Shown piece after piece: positions 53,261 through 64,000 of a stretch of DNA of 64,000 bases; within the stretch, counting starts at the first letter, position 1; each line of letters opens with the position of its first letter. The DNA is from Haplodiscus bocki (lineage: Eukaryota), in contig OZ296656.1 in assembly GCA_965655095.1 (NCBI GenBank), forward strand, positions 83,638,001 to 83,702,000, in the 5' to 3' direction. The position numbers and the translations under genes were made by a program. Under the pieces are notes generated by a model that ran no database searches, was not told where the DNA came from, and saw nothing but the letters and a program-made list of their open reading frames with translations.

Positions 53261-53273
53261 TCCTCCTATCTTT
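53261..53273 (-). promoter_or_regulatory. Polypurine tract
   Basis: Minus strand AAAGATAGGAGGA immediately before TGTGAC. Confidence 0.8.
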
Positions 53274-53337
53274 AAAATAGCATCATTGGTAAAATATTTA
53301 GCATCATTAAAATATAGCAACATTGGCAATAGTCCCG

Positions 53338-56300
53338 TTAACAAAGAGCAAGACTGAGTTTGTTTGGAGCTTTCACTATACGTCCGGATCTAATGCGGTT
53401 AGGCGCCTTCTCCTCCGCTGTAGAAAGACGACGTTCTGACCGCACCGTTGGACTGAGTTGCGGGACCAGAGCGTCACTCCCGGAGACTCGCGCCGGCGAC
53501 ACAGTGGGTTTCTTGGTCTTGCTTGTAGCCGTTGGGTACTTAGCTGGTGTAGCTGTGACAGTAGAAGACCCCTGGGCAACCTCAGGATGACACTCTTTGT
53601 CAGATGGTGCTGGAGCAAGGTGGCGCTTATTTACATATTCTGTGCCCTTTGGTGTGCGGATTTCAGCGAGCTGCGGCGAAAGTAAATCCGTCACCAAACC
53701 CTTATCTTTCACGAGTTGATCTGTTTTCTTGACCCGAACAAAGTTGCGAATAAACACTTTTGAGCCTCGTTGAATTTTACCTTTGTTCATCGTAAAATCT
53801 GCATCGTTTGCAAGAAGCTTGACGTCTGAATCGGCAAAATAATGACGGCGAAAACGAAAAAACAAATCATGAGAAGATGATCCAGTTGACTCACAGACAC
53901 GAGAACGAAGGATGAACAATGCTTCTCCCAGACATTGCTCCCAATCTATCGAGTCGCTGTAGTTCGCCGTTGTATCGTTCGTTCTGACCGTTACCTGCAG
54001 GATTGTACTTTGAAGAATGAGAAAATTCGACTCCACAACCGTCCAGAAACTGTTGGATATCTGTGCTCATGAAAGCCTTCCCGCGATAGGAGTGACCTTT
54101 GTTAGGCAATCCAAACCGTGCAAATACCTGATTGGAAAGCACGTCGATCACCGTTTCCGAATCCGGATGCTCAACAACAAATGCCTCCAAATACCTACTG
54201 TATTCGTCCAGAACTGTTAGGATCCATTTCATCTCTCCAGACCGTGTTGCTTTCGGGCCGATGAAATCCAATGACAATCGCTCCAATGGTTGAGTGCTAG
54301 TCACCAATGATCCGTCTTCTGGCTTCTCAAAACGAGGTCTTGTTTCAGCGCAGACACCGCAGGACTCGATTTGATGTTCTACTTCTTGTCGCAAGTTGAC
54401 CCAGTAGAAGCCTTCGCAGATGAGCTGCAGAGTTGCCTGAATACCAAAATGACCAAACTTGATGTGCGTTCTCTCCAGAACTGCTAGACGAAGAGACCTT
54501 GGGCACAACACTCGTTCATTACCAGACTCAACTAGGCACAATACTCCTTGAAGTACTTGCATTCGTTTTCTGTCAGACCACAAACCAAGCGAAACTTCGG
54601 CTGGTCTGAGCTGATTTTCGAGAGAACTGCGTAGCGTTGATAATTCGTTATCCTATTCTTGAGCTTGACGGAACAACTCAATTGTGAACAAAGACTTAAC
54701 TGATTGCAGAGCAAATGCGCGAGAGAAAGCATCCGCTCCCAGATTTTCCTTCCCCGGTTCGTACGCAATTCTGAAGTTATACTCAGACAACTCCGTTCGC
54801 CATCTGATCAGCTTGTTGTTCTTGCACGTTGACTTCACTGAACCTGAGAAAAGAAATGAAAGCGCTCGTTGGTCAGTGTATAAGACAAATGGACGTTCAA
54901 GCAAGAACTGTCTGAACTTGCTAGCACACTAAACAATAGCTAGAGCTTCAAGCTCAACTGCAGACCACGACTGCCCGGCGGTTGATAAACGCTTACTGGC
55001 TACTGAAACAGGACGAACGTGCTGAATCAGAACCCCCGCTATCGCTATTCCGCTTGCATCCGTCTCCAACACGAACTCTTGATTGAAATCTGGAACAGTG
55101 AGAAACGAGTCCAAGATGGCTGCTTTGACTGCGCGAAACGTATCAGCAAGTCTGCTGCTCCACTGAAACTGGCCACTGTTCTTCAAGTCTTGGAGTGGAG
55201 ATGCCAACTCAGCGAATCTGGATACAAACTTGGAATAATAATTTGCCATACCTAAGAAACGTTCGAGTTCCTTCATGTTCATAGGTTCTTTGTACTCCTT
55301 GAGTGACTTTGTACGCTCAGGATCCGACTTAAACGTACCCTCGCTGATCACGTGTCCAAGCCAATTCGGCTCGTTTTGACCGAACGAACATTTCTTACTG
55401 TTAAGAGATACATTGAGCTCACGGCATCGCTGCAAGAAAGCACGAAGGTTTGCGTTGTGCTCTTCAATCGTGTTGCCACAAATCACGATGTCGTCAAGGT
55501 AGATGAAGACAGCAGGATTGTCATCGAAGCACATTACCATTGTCCGTTGGAATTTCGTCACTGTGTTGCGAACTCCAAAGCAAAGGCGAGTGTACTGAAG
55601 TAACTTACCCAATGCTTCGAACGCCATTTTTTCCATGTCTTCCTTCACTAATGGCACTTGATCGTAGGCCTGGGTAATGTCGACAACCGAAAAGTATTTG
55701 TTTTTTCCCACCTTCTGTATTAAATCTGAAATCAGTGGCAACGGGAAAGCGTTCAGCTTCCCGAACTTATTCACCGTGCAGCTGTAATGCACGGTCATGC
55801 GCTTGCCTCCACCGCGTTTGCTTACGATGACTGGTTGCGACCTCCACTGTGAACGGGATTTTTCAACGATTCCTTTCTCGAGCAACAACTTCACAGTTTT
55901 TCTAATCACCTCTTGATCCTCTGGCGAGTAGCTTCGTGAAGGTGATCGTATTGGTACCGCATCGTCCGTCAAATCGATGATGGGTTCCGGTTCGATGTTG
56001 AGCTTGCTGTCCTTTAAACTCTTGTCGAACATGTCTTCATACTCCTTGAGTATCTCCGCGACGCCGGCCATCTCGCTGTGAGCTGCTAACACAAGATGAG
56101 GGCCGCTGTCAGACGTTTTCAATGTCACCTGAGGGAAGTTAGAGAGCGAATCCCTACCCAGGATTGCCCCGAAGCTCAAATTCTCAATTACGTGGACTGG
56201 AACAGTGAATGAATGACCTGATATACTCAACGAACAGTTTACACGCCCATTTTCTACCAACTCTGAGCCAGTGGCAGACTTCAACGTGTCAGACCCAGTT

Positions 56301-56536
56301 ACCTGTAACCATTGCAATCCAAGTTCTTGTGCGCACTTTAACGACAGCAACGTTGAGGGTGATCCAGAATCAACTAGCCATCGCACATTCTTCCCATCGA
56401 TGGTGCCATACAGCAGCTTTGGAGCACCTGCTTGCGTGCTAGCAAAACCAACTAGGGAGTCGAGACAAGCTACCTCATCAGCAACAACTCCAGCGACGTG
56501 CGTTTTGGCGCCTTGGCTTGTGCCTCGAATATTGCT
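53338..56536 (-). pseudogene. pol: pol (protease, RT, RNase H, integrase) with premature stops and a frameshift
   Basis: LVDSGS, FIYLDD, LETDASG, HIKFGH...CGVC, SLDFIGP/VLDEYSR/GQNERYN. TAG stops at 54929 and 54653, a frameshift near 53950, and the second catalytic Asp reads Tyr (HSYRG). Confidence 0.95.
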
Positions 56537-57306
56537 CTAACCAACCTTGGATGTACTGCTCTTGCACACTGCCGCGAAGTGGTTAGGCTTGTCACACTTC
56601 TTGCATTTCTTACCCCAAGCTGTGCAATCCTCCTTCGAACGGTGTTTTTGATTTCTGCCGCAATACTTGCAGATAAAGGTTGACGATGCTGGACCAGTCT
56701 TCTGTGTCCGTGGGGTAGTTTTGTTACGTTTCAATGCAAACGTACCTGAGTCAGTGCTGCCGACCTGTGACATAACCCCTGCTTGCAGACGCTTGTCTCC
56801 AGTTGTTTCGCTCGCTTTAGCACATTTTCTAAAGTCTCTGTGTCGGCCATCAAAAGTAGCTCCTGGCAGATGCGCGGCTCGCGGATTCCCGAGATGAACT
56901 GCTGCTTGACCTCCGCGTCGACTTGCCCTCCGAAGTCGCACTGCTGTGCCGCTGAGATGAGAGTGCTCGCAAACGTAGAGACGTCCTGCCCCGTCTCCTG
57001 CCGCAGCTTCCTGATTTTGTAGACTGCGTACGTCTTCCAGAAGCGCTCGCAGCAGTAGGTCTCCAACGCCTTTATTGCTTCTGCGTAGGTAGTACCAGAA
57101 TTCAGCGTCGTAAAGATCTCGTAGCATTTTGGCGTAATGTTGGCCAAGAGAACTGCACGTTTTTCAGCGTCTTCCAGTGTTGCATAGTTACTGGCAACCA
57201 TGTAATTCTCGAACATCTGACGCCAAAGCTTCCATTTAACAGTCTTGTCATCGGGATTGAACTGCGCTGGTGGCTTAATGTGATGTCGAAGAACAGTATC
57301 AGGCAT
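56537..57306 (-). pseudogene. gag: gag with tandem zinc knuckles; one frameshift
   Basis: MPDTVLRHHIKPPAQF..WKLWRQMFENY..RQETGQDV..CDFG..QFISGI, then CKYCGRNQKHRSKEDC and CKKCDKPNHFAAVC (Mag-clade pattern). Frameshift near 56770. Confidence 0.93.
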
Positions 57307-57622
57307 CACTGAATGAAGTAACCAAACTTCTAGTGCTAGAATCAACGATTTTTGCTGTTGCAAATGCTAATCTTCCCACAAGTCGTAGTGGTGCCAAGAT
57401 GAACTGAAGCAAGAATCGCCAGAATGTTGCCCCGTGTACCACACAATAGCAATCCCAACACAATATCGTTGGAAAGGGCTTGAATCAGGCTAGTCCCCGA
57501 AATATTTTTCAATAAGACCGGTTCAGTCTTCGAGAAGTTATTAGCTTCCAAAGTTAGGCTGACGTTCTGACAACGTCCCTCACTGCAGTGTAATGCTCGT
57601 AGTGCCGCACTGCCCCAACTCT

Positions 57623-57641
57623 AATCTTGCTGACTGCGCCA
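57623..57641 (-). promoter_or_regulatory. Primer binding site complementary to the tRNA-Ser 3' end
   Basis: Minus strand TGGCGCAGTCAGCAAGATT, 2 nt after the 5' LTR. The plus strand reads AATCTTGCTGACTGCGCCA, like the 3' end of eukaryotic tRNA-Ser. Confidence 0.8.
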
Positions 57642-57643
57642 AA

Positions 57644-57760
57644 TGTGAAGACTATTCTCTAGCCAATCGTGAATTCAACTGATAATCATTGCATAATTAC
57701 GCAATTAATTAACTACATAGCTCGAGGCATGGTCAGATGTATGTCATGCAACACGTCACA
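57644..57760 (-). repeat. 5' LTR (117 bp)
   Basis: Direct repeat of 53100-53216. Confidence 0.95.
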
Positions 57761-58800
57761 AAGATTCAACAAATTTTGTCCAATTGTTGGTCAGTCTGCC
57801 ATAAATGGTCGGGATGAAGAACTGCTACATCGGATTCGTTTTTTCGTCACTTTCGGTAACGGCTTCGCGTTGAAGTGCTTTCTCCAGAACTCTTTAATTT
57901 GTTTCTGACATTTCTGCGTCGACAATGGTTTTTTCTTTGTTCATTTTCAACAAGACTCTTGTGGGATTCGTTCTAAGAGTCTTTGTTTTACTATTCGATC
58001 TTGAAGATTTTTCTACTCCCACAGGTGAGCCTTCCCAAACAAAACAGCAAGTCTCGGAAATTATTTGATCTCTCCCGGGTGCTAAAATCTCGTTGCTAGC
58101 CGTCCCAAGAACCCCAGTGCTTTGCCAGTGTTTAGTTTTCTGAAAGTTTAAACTGTTTGTCATAAATGTTCTTTGGGTTAATGTTCAGTAGAAGTCAATG
58201 ACTGATTTCAGGAGTCGAAATGCGATTCATCCCGACCGTTCATTTGTTTCCACTTTTTTCTTTCCGACGTTTCGCTTCGTCTCCATATTCTGTGATGGGC
58301 CCGGAGCTCAAAACGTGCTGTGGAGTTCTCATTGTCAATGGAGTGATTGAAGGGTCCCAGTAATGAAATCATGGACTTATTCATAGTCATAGAATCTGCA
58401 CACTTCACCTCTAGTTTACGGAAATGTTTTAGTTGCAATAATTTCGCACAATTTTCATTCCTTGTTTCGGAGACTTTGTCTTGACGTGTTCTGAGATTTA
58501 GTCTTCTTACGCTCTATTTTGTGTCTTCGATTTCAGTTCGGTGGATGGTACTTGCAACAACATAGTTTTATGTACTAAGGGTCCATTGAAAGCCACCAAT
58601 GTCCAGTGTTTTCCAGTACTATATGATTCCTTGCTGAGTCTCAGCATCGTTTCTTGTAAATGTGTTTCTGGTCTCGATTACACTTCTAGCAGATGTCTGC
58701 CAGTTTTTCTAGCGAACTAGTGTTTTGCAGCTCTTCATGTACATAAAATTTTCTCTATTCAGTCGATAGTTTTTTGGCGTCAAAGCAACAAATTTACGTT
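57761..58800 (-). mobile_element. gag-region relic of the older gypsy element (host of the young insertion)
   Basis: Degenerate minus-strand ORFs 57894-58163 and 58208-58438, contiguous with 48400-53099 once the TSD-flanked insertion is removed. Confidence 0.5.
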
Positions 58801-58818
58801 TTTTTTTGGAAACTATGC

Positions 58819-59128
58819 TTCCGGGGCTGAGACGATTTGGTGCCTCTTAGTCGTGAAGATGTAGTTTAATTCGTTCCTCCGGGTCTGAGATGATTTGGCA
58901 CCTCCAAATCGTGAAGTTGTTGTTCAATTCGTTCTTCCGGGTCTGAGACGATTTGGCTGTGCTAAGTTGTTAATATAAAGTTGATGTGGTTCTGCCGGGT
59001 CTGAGACGATTTGGCACCTCTAAATTGTGAAGATGTAGTTTAATTCGTTCTTCCGGATCTGGGACGATTTGGCTCTGCTAAGTTGTGGATATAAAGTTTG
59101 TTTCGTTCTCCCGGGTCTGAGACGATTA
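58819..59128. repeat. 58-bp minisatellite, about 5.3 copies, with two unit variants
   Basis: Core ccgggtctgagacgatttgg at 58821, 58879, 58937, 58995, 59053 and 59111 (exact 58-bp period). Confidence 0.95.
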
Positions 59129-59382
59129 CTCCTGAAATAGAGAGATAATGGGTTTCGAGGAAATTTTGATTATCTGATTAAAGGCTAATGAAGGTTTTTT
59201 TGGGACGAAAAGTGCTTTTCATACACCAGTGATCAAGAAGGCTCTGAAAACAATTATGAAGGTTTCGAGGAATTATCGATAATGAAAGTTTTTGGAAAAT
59301 TTTGATGAAGATTTCGCTTAAGTCACACGGGTTTGCTGAGACGTTTCCTTGTCACCATGGTAAGCCTTTGAGAAAGGAGTAA

Positions 59383-59745
59383 CTAAACAACTAAGTTTGT
59401 ATTCAAATCAAGAGGGATTGCTTGGAATGCGGAGCTGTAATGATCATAAGTAAACGTAGCGGTAATAAACGAGGTAAGACAGATGTCTCCAAAGTTGGTT
59501 CTAGTTTGAAATGCCTTGGGATGAAGGAAATTGTAAAAATTGTTGAACATCGTTAAGTCGGCGCCAATTTCGGGCGGTTCGGAGCCATACTCTCGTAAAA
59601 AGACTTCTTTCATGACAAATGTCGCCAAAGTAGCCGAATTAAGCTCGGGCGTCAAGTTTCTTTTTGAAAATACTATCAAAAAATTGTCGGTTCGCAGCCA
59701 AAATTTAGTATGTAATAGCTTAGAGTCTTGTAACGTTTTCTGCAA
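59383..59745 (-). CDS. Possible coding exon of an unknown gene divergent from TALPID3
   Basis: 120-codon stop-free frame with globular composition in an otherwise decayed region. On the minus strand it is preceded by a pyrimidine tract ending ttcttgcag (acceptor-like). Confidence 0.35.
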   Translation of the reverse strand: MQKTLQDSKLLHTKFWLRTDNFLIVFSKRNLTPELNSATLATFVMKEVFLREYGSEPPEIGADLTMFNNFYNFLHPKAFQTRTNFGDICLTSFITATFTYDHYSSAFQAIPLDLNTNLVV

Positions 59746-59976
59746 GAATCAGAAAATTCCGTGAAATAGGTGGAAATATTGAGCATTGAAGAGAAAAATT
59801 TGACGGGATAAATGAAAAAATTGCCTCTAATATTCGCAGTGTTGGTGTCCAAGACTCTTCGCTTTCGCTATGCTCGCCTAAAAAAACACGGGTCGAACCT
59901 AATAAGCTGGCGGTTTGCGAGCTTAATGAGTTGCTCTGTTTTCAGATGGTTGTTTTTTAACAACTTGTAGTATAGG

Positions 59977-62900
59977 ATGATGATGAAAGCTCAGTGGAGT
60001 GGTGTGAAAATCAAAGACATGTTCCCAGATGCGCAAGTGCAAATGGAGTCTCCTGTGGAAATTCCAGAAGTTAGGCCAGCTACTTCCAACGCTAACCTCG
60101 ATTTAGAACCACCGCCTCTGGTATATGATCAACAGTTTACGGATTTTAATGAATCTTGTTCCAGTTCTTCCAAGTCCATACGTTTACCTCGGTCGATGCT
60201 GCGCGAAGTAACGCCCCCTGCTGTTCGTCAGAAAGATGGCGATTCTGAACAGGAATTGCATTTGACTCCGCGAGAGGAGGAACTGCTCGACTTTGTTAAC
60301 AACAACGCTGTTTCTGTCAACGCAGCCTCGGCAGAAAGCGAAGTGTTGATATCGCAAAGTGATCCCGTTTCGCGATTGAGAGCTTATTCAAAGCTGCAAA
60401 ATGCTCCCGTGGGCGCCAAAAAGTTCGTGCCGCTCTCTTTTGTTCCGGAAGCTGAAGAAGGAAGGGGCCCTCATGACCGTCACATTGAGATTTCAGCTGC
60501 TGTTAGTGCAGCCATGGGGGCAGCATTACCTTATTTCAGAGGACAAGCTGATCTGGAACATCAAATGCGTCTACTTCTGGAGAAAGTAACAAACCTGGAA
60601 GAAGCAAAAAAAGCCAACACCATTCTGAATGACGCTCGTGAAGCATCGGCCGTCAATTTTGAGCGACATTTGGCCGAATTAACTGAACAACGTTTACAAT
60701 TACTGGAGCGAGTTATGGAAAGTGAGCAAAAGCTGGATTTGAAATCATGTAAACACGAGGAAACTCTTGACGAATCTTCTCGCAAACAAATGTATCCTGT
60801 AAATTTTATCGAGACGTGTGATCACAAAGTACCTAAATATACCAGAGTACCAACCGAACCTCGTACAGCTTTGCTTGCAAAATCTTCCTCGAAAAATAAG
60901 AAGAAAGAATCGCCATCAAAACAGAAAGTTTCAAATGATTCGTCAATTCTGCCTCGATCAACCGCCCCAAAACCTACCACACCTTCCGCTGAGCTGTTGA
61001 GCGAAATACTTAGAGAACAAAATGATAGTTCTTTGCATACTATCAACGCATCTATCATTAATGAAACTGAAAGAAAACAGTTGGACGATTCTAGAGCTCG
61101 AGGCGCTGAATCAAAAATTTTAGACGAGTTATCTCGTTTGAGAGAAGAACTTTACAGTTTAAAGTACAAACGTGATAGTGCTTCGAAAAGTGAACTTAGC
61201 AACGAAATGCGAACGCTTCGTCCTCCTCAAGAAACACCGCGTGTCGTAATGCCGGCGTTTCAAGAGGAATTAATGCCAAATCTTACTAAACCTCACTCCC
61301 AATTGTTTGATCAATATTTCCGTGAATATTCCCAAGTCAGTCCATTTAAGCACGACCAAGATCAGTCTCATGAGAATTTAGTCGACGGTCCCGCACAGGT
61401 CTTGAAAGAAGCAGAAGCCTTTCGCAGAAATATAGATTTTAACGATCGGGTGGCGGCCAAAAATCTAGAAGTTAGAGAAGTTCATCGACGAATTGATGAT
61501 CTGTGTCGAAATATTCCGGGGGAATATTTGAAAATGAGGGAAAATGTTGATTTTCGAATTCAGCGAATTCGCAAAGATATTGAAAATGAGTTATCAAGTA
61601 TGAGTTTTGAGCCCCCAAAGCCCGCGAAGGAACAACCGCCGAAGGCAAAAGGCAAGTTTTTGCCAAACCAAAAAGGCAGCCGTGTGACGCTGAAGGAACA
61701 TTTACCGAAAAGTTACCCCCCTCAAAAACCAATAGCCTCTGTTAAACCGAATGGACATAAGTTGCAAACTTCAGCACCTACGGTTCGGCAAACAATTGCT
61801 CGGAAACCACAAACAGCAACCGAAGCACCGGTAACCATATCACCAGCTCAGCTAGCATATCAAAATTTGATTTTGGAGCGACAAAGACAATATTTGCAGA
61901 AATTGGAAGCTATGCAACATCTACCACCCGGTTCAAGCATACACTCGGCAGGTCTCGTTTATAACAAAAACTTTTATCCCATTAAAGGTCAAATTATTCA
62001 AGCGGTTCCCGAAACAAAAGAAGCAGCTACCGAAACGAAGTTTGGAGTGGAGAAAGAAATTCAGACTACAGAACCCCCGAAAAGTGGGAAACGCGTAGAT
62101 TTCGAGAATGTCGTATCAACTAAACACGGTATGATGCCTGAAAAAAGATTAGCAATTGAAAACCTTCCGGAAGTGGTGATCGAAAGCGAAGAAAAACCAA
62201 TTCTTGAAAGGGGCGAAGAAGAATCGCTTGTTGAGGAACCCAGTTTGTCTGATATTATTATTGCGCCGGGGTACCGAAAACCAAATGAACCACCGAGGCC
62301 ACCTATTGCAATTGAGAATAAAAATATGGCGTTTTCGAGAGTTCAGGCTTGCATTGAGGACGAAATTGTGTCAAACATTTTGCGAAAAATTATCACTGGA
62401 CCACCAACCGAAACTGTCAATCAAACTTTGAATGACGAGGAAAATGACGAAAGTAGTTTGTCTCCCGAAAATGAACTGATATTGCAAATTTTTATTGATG
62501 CTGGTATAAATATTGATAAGAGGTTGGTCAGAAAAATCGGCGAGGAAGAAATAATGAAAATGATTTTGGCCATTATCGAAGAGCAAGAGCACAACAAACT
62601 GAAAGAAGATTTGGTGAAATGTAACATCGGAATGCCAAGAGTGCCTACACCAAATCAAACACCTAGAGAATATAGCCCTGAGGAATCTGAAAAAGAATCG
62701 CCTATTGGCACACCGCGCCCTATACCCGTTAAGACGCAACTTGTAGATAGAAGTATAAGTCCTTTTGTTCAAGCGTCTGAAACTTCGGAAGGTTCTTCGT
62801 CTGGCGACGATTTCATGGCCCATGTACAGCAAGACGGAACTGCAGACCATTTCATCCCGATGCCGCAACCGAATGTAGAAACTCCTGAACGAACCCCTCC

Positions 62901-63295
62901 AATCGAATCTCCGGAATCCTCGGTTGTTGAAGTCAGTATCACTAGCGAAGTGCCTCCGAGTCCCGAAAAAACAGCTCCTGCTAAAATTCCAGAACCCGCG
63001 GTTCCGCCAGTAATTGCTGAAGACACCGAGTGCGTTGACATTGGGATTCAATATGAAGCACCTCCAAGTTTCAAGGATTGTCAGACGTCGCCCATGTTTT
63101 CAAAGTCACCTGAAAGAGTCCCCACAGCCACTGAAAGTAGTTCGACGTCATCTTCGGATTATCGGTCAGTTTATACTCCGACCACTGAAGAACCAATGTC
63201 TGATCATGAGTGGGTAGTGCCTCATGAGGTTCTCCGAAGCGAAGGAGAGTTCACTCCCCCTCACAGAGTGAAGTTCCAGCAGATGCCGATGCCAG
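59977..63295 (+). CDS. KIAA0586: TALPID3 (KIAA0586) orthologue, centriole/basal-body ciliogenesis protein, large coding exon
   Basis: Intact 1106-codon frame. ISAAVSAAMGAALPYFRGQADLEHQM matches the TALPID3 VAAATAAAIA-xAAP-xxK-xQ-xDLE coiled coil. Also PAQVLKE...RENVDFRIQRIRKDIENEL (conserved coiled coil), IEDEIVSNILRKII, LQIFIDAGINID (cf. LQLFVDAGVPV), TPxxTP and SEGE motifs. Donor CCAG|GTAAG at 63295/63296. Confidence 0.85.
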
Positions 63296-63509
63296 GTAAG
63301 AAGTTCTCAGCTTTTCAAGTATGCTGTATTGATATTCCAATATTCTGAAACTATTGCAGTTAAGTTTTTGCGTTCAATTTCATATTGCATAACTTCGTAG
63401 ACCATTTAACAGTTCAACTTAAACGTTGCAAACTTGAAATACGTCTCACAAAATTATTTCTAAGATGCAATTTAAAAATGCTAATTTCATCGTTTTCATC
63501 TATTTTCAG
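63296..63509 (+). other. Phase-1 GT-AG intron (214 bp)
   Basis: GTAAG donor, CTAAT branch-like site at 63481, ttttcag acceptor. Splicing restores an open frame. Confidence 0.85.
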
Positions 63510-64000
63510 CCACATCCGATGTGATAGACGATACAGATGCTGTGACTCGCTCCTCTTTGTCTCAACTTGTCAGCGAAGGCGAAGTCCGTCCTCAAAGAGC
63601 AACTCATTGGTCTGAAATCAAAGGACCAATTACAGAAGCGCTCTACGAGATGAAACACCTAATGGCCGCTTCGAACCAAAACTCATTAACAGTTCCAAAA
63701 GTCGAACGACGGCGATTCAAACCCTATTCGTCATCGCAAGGTGCAAATGAAACCGTGATTGACCATGTGTCTGGTATTGAAATTACCGGGTTATGTCCGT
63801 CTTCTAGTCGAGGCTCTTCTAATGTCGCTGAAGGCATGGGTTTGAGCAACAGAGGCGCTGAATCGTCTACGAGTCCGAAGGTTCATGCTTCGAGTCACGA
63901 TGGTGTCACTGAGAATGTGAAATTGGAACCGCACCCACCCGATACAGAACGAAGTTCAACTGGTGTCCGAAGTGCTAGAAAACATCAGTCAAACGACGAC
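63510..64000 (+). CDS. KIAA0586: TALPID3 next exon (runs off the right edge)
   Basis: In frame after splicing: ATSDVIDDTDAVTRSSLSQLVSEGEVRPQ...KHQSNDD, with no stop to position 64000 and a further SEGE motif. Confidence 0.8.

Larger units (their letters stand above)
53100..57760 (-). mobile_element. Young full-length Ty3/gypsy (Mag-like) LTR retrotransposon, 4661 bp
   Basis: Two 117-bp LTRs (TG...CA) differing at 4 sites, a perfect 5-bp TSD AAGAT (53095-53099 and 57761-57765), PBS, PPT, and gag-PR-RT-RH-IN order. Confidence 0.97.

Noticed and set aside
56537-56539. Programmed stop-codon readthrough between gag and pol (in-frame TAG)
   Set aside because: The context GGT-TAG-AGC-AAT lacks the CARYYA signal, and the element has two other TAG nonsense mutations, so decay is the simpler explanation. 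Intact copies are needed to exclude it fully.
57623-57641. tRNA-Ser gene
   Set aside because: Only the 3' 19 nt including CCA, adjacent to the LTR. It is a primer binding site.
58819-59128. CRISPR-like repeat/spacer appearance
   Set aside because: The 'spacers' are two recurring related variants rather than unique sequences, there are no cas genes, and the context is eukaryotic.
62371-63051. 226-aa minus-strand ORF and other antisense ORFs within TALPID3
   Set aside because: Shadow frames of the real + strand CDS, with no independent motifs.
63296-63348. ORF-track C-terminus GKKFSAFQVCCIDIPIF* of the 1123-aa ORF
   Set aside because: Read-through into the intron. A canonical donor at 63296 and an in-frame downstream exon explain it.

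Overview
Eukaryotic (metazoan, invertebrate-like) genomic window. About 90% is nested, mostly decayed mobile DNA, and there is one clearly intact host gene at the right end. From left to right: (1) a decayed Polinton/Maverick with a recognisable virion module (packaging ATPase, PZ-like ORF, minor capsid, small basic protein, major capsid) and an orphan pPolB C-terminus (1-5.5 kb). (2) A Merlin/ISXO2 remnant, EnSpm-like MITEs, LINE and hAT-like relics, and a 1.13-kb solo LTR (5.5-18.4 kb). (3) A second Polinton relic with a pPolB pseudogene and three or more tandem minor-capsid-like genes, interrupted by a Ty3/gypsy 5' end (18.9-28.2 kb). (4) A 200-N scaffold gap. (5) LINE endonuclease and RT fragments separated by a gag-ORF-bearing solo LTR and an unexplained ~4.5-kb array of about 24 degenerate ~59-codon coding repeats (28.4-38.2 kb). 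(6) Three decayed Ty3/gypsy elements, one of which hosts a young 4.66-kb Mag-like element with 117-bp LTRs, a tRNA-Ser PBS and an AAGAT TSD (38.4-58.8 kb). (7) A 58-bp minisatellite and a TALPID3/KIAA0586 orthologue whose first 1106 codons lie in one exon (59977 to the window end). Family assignments of decayed relics come from motifs I translated by eye across stops and frameshifts. Their boundaries are approximate, and no database search was run.
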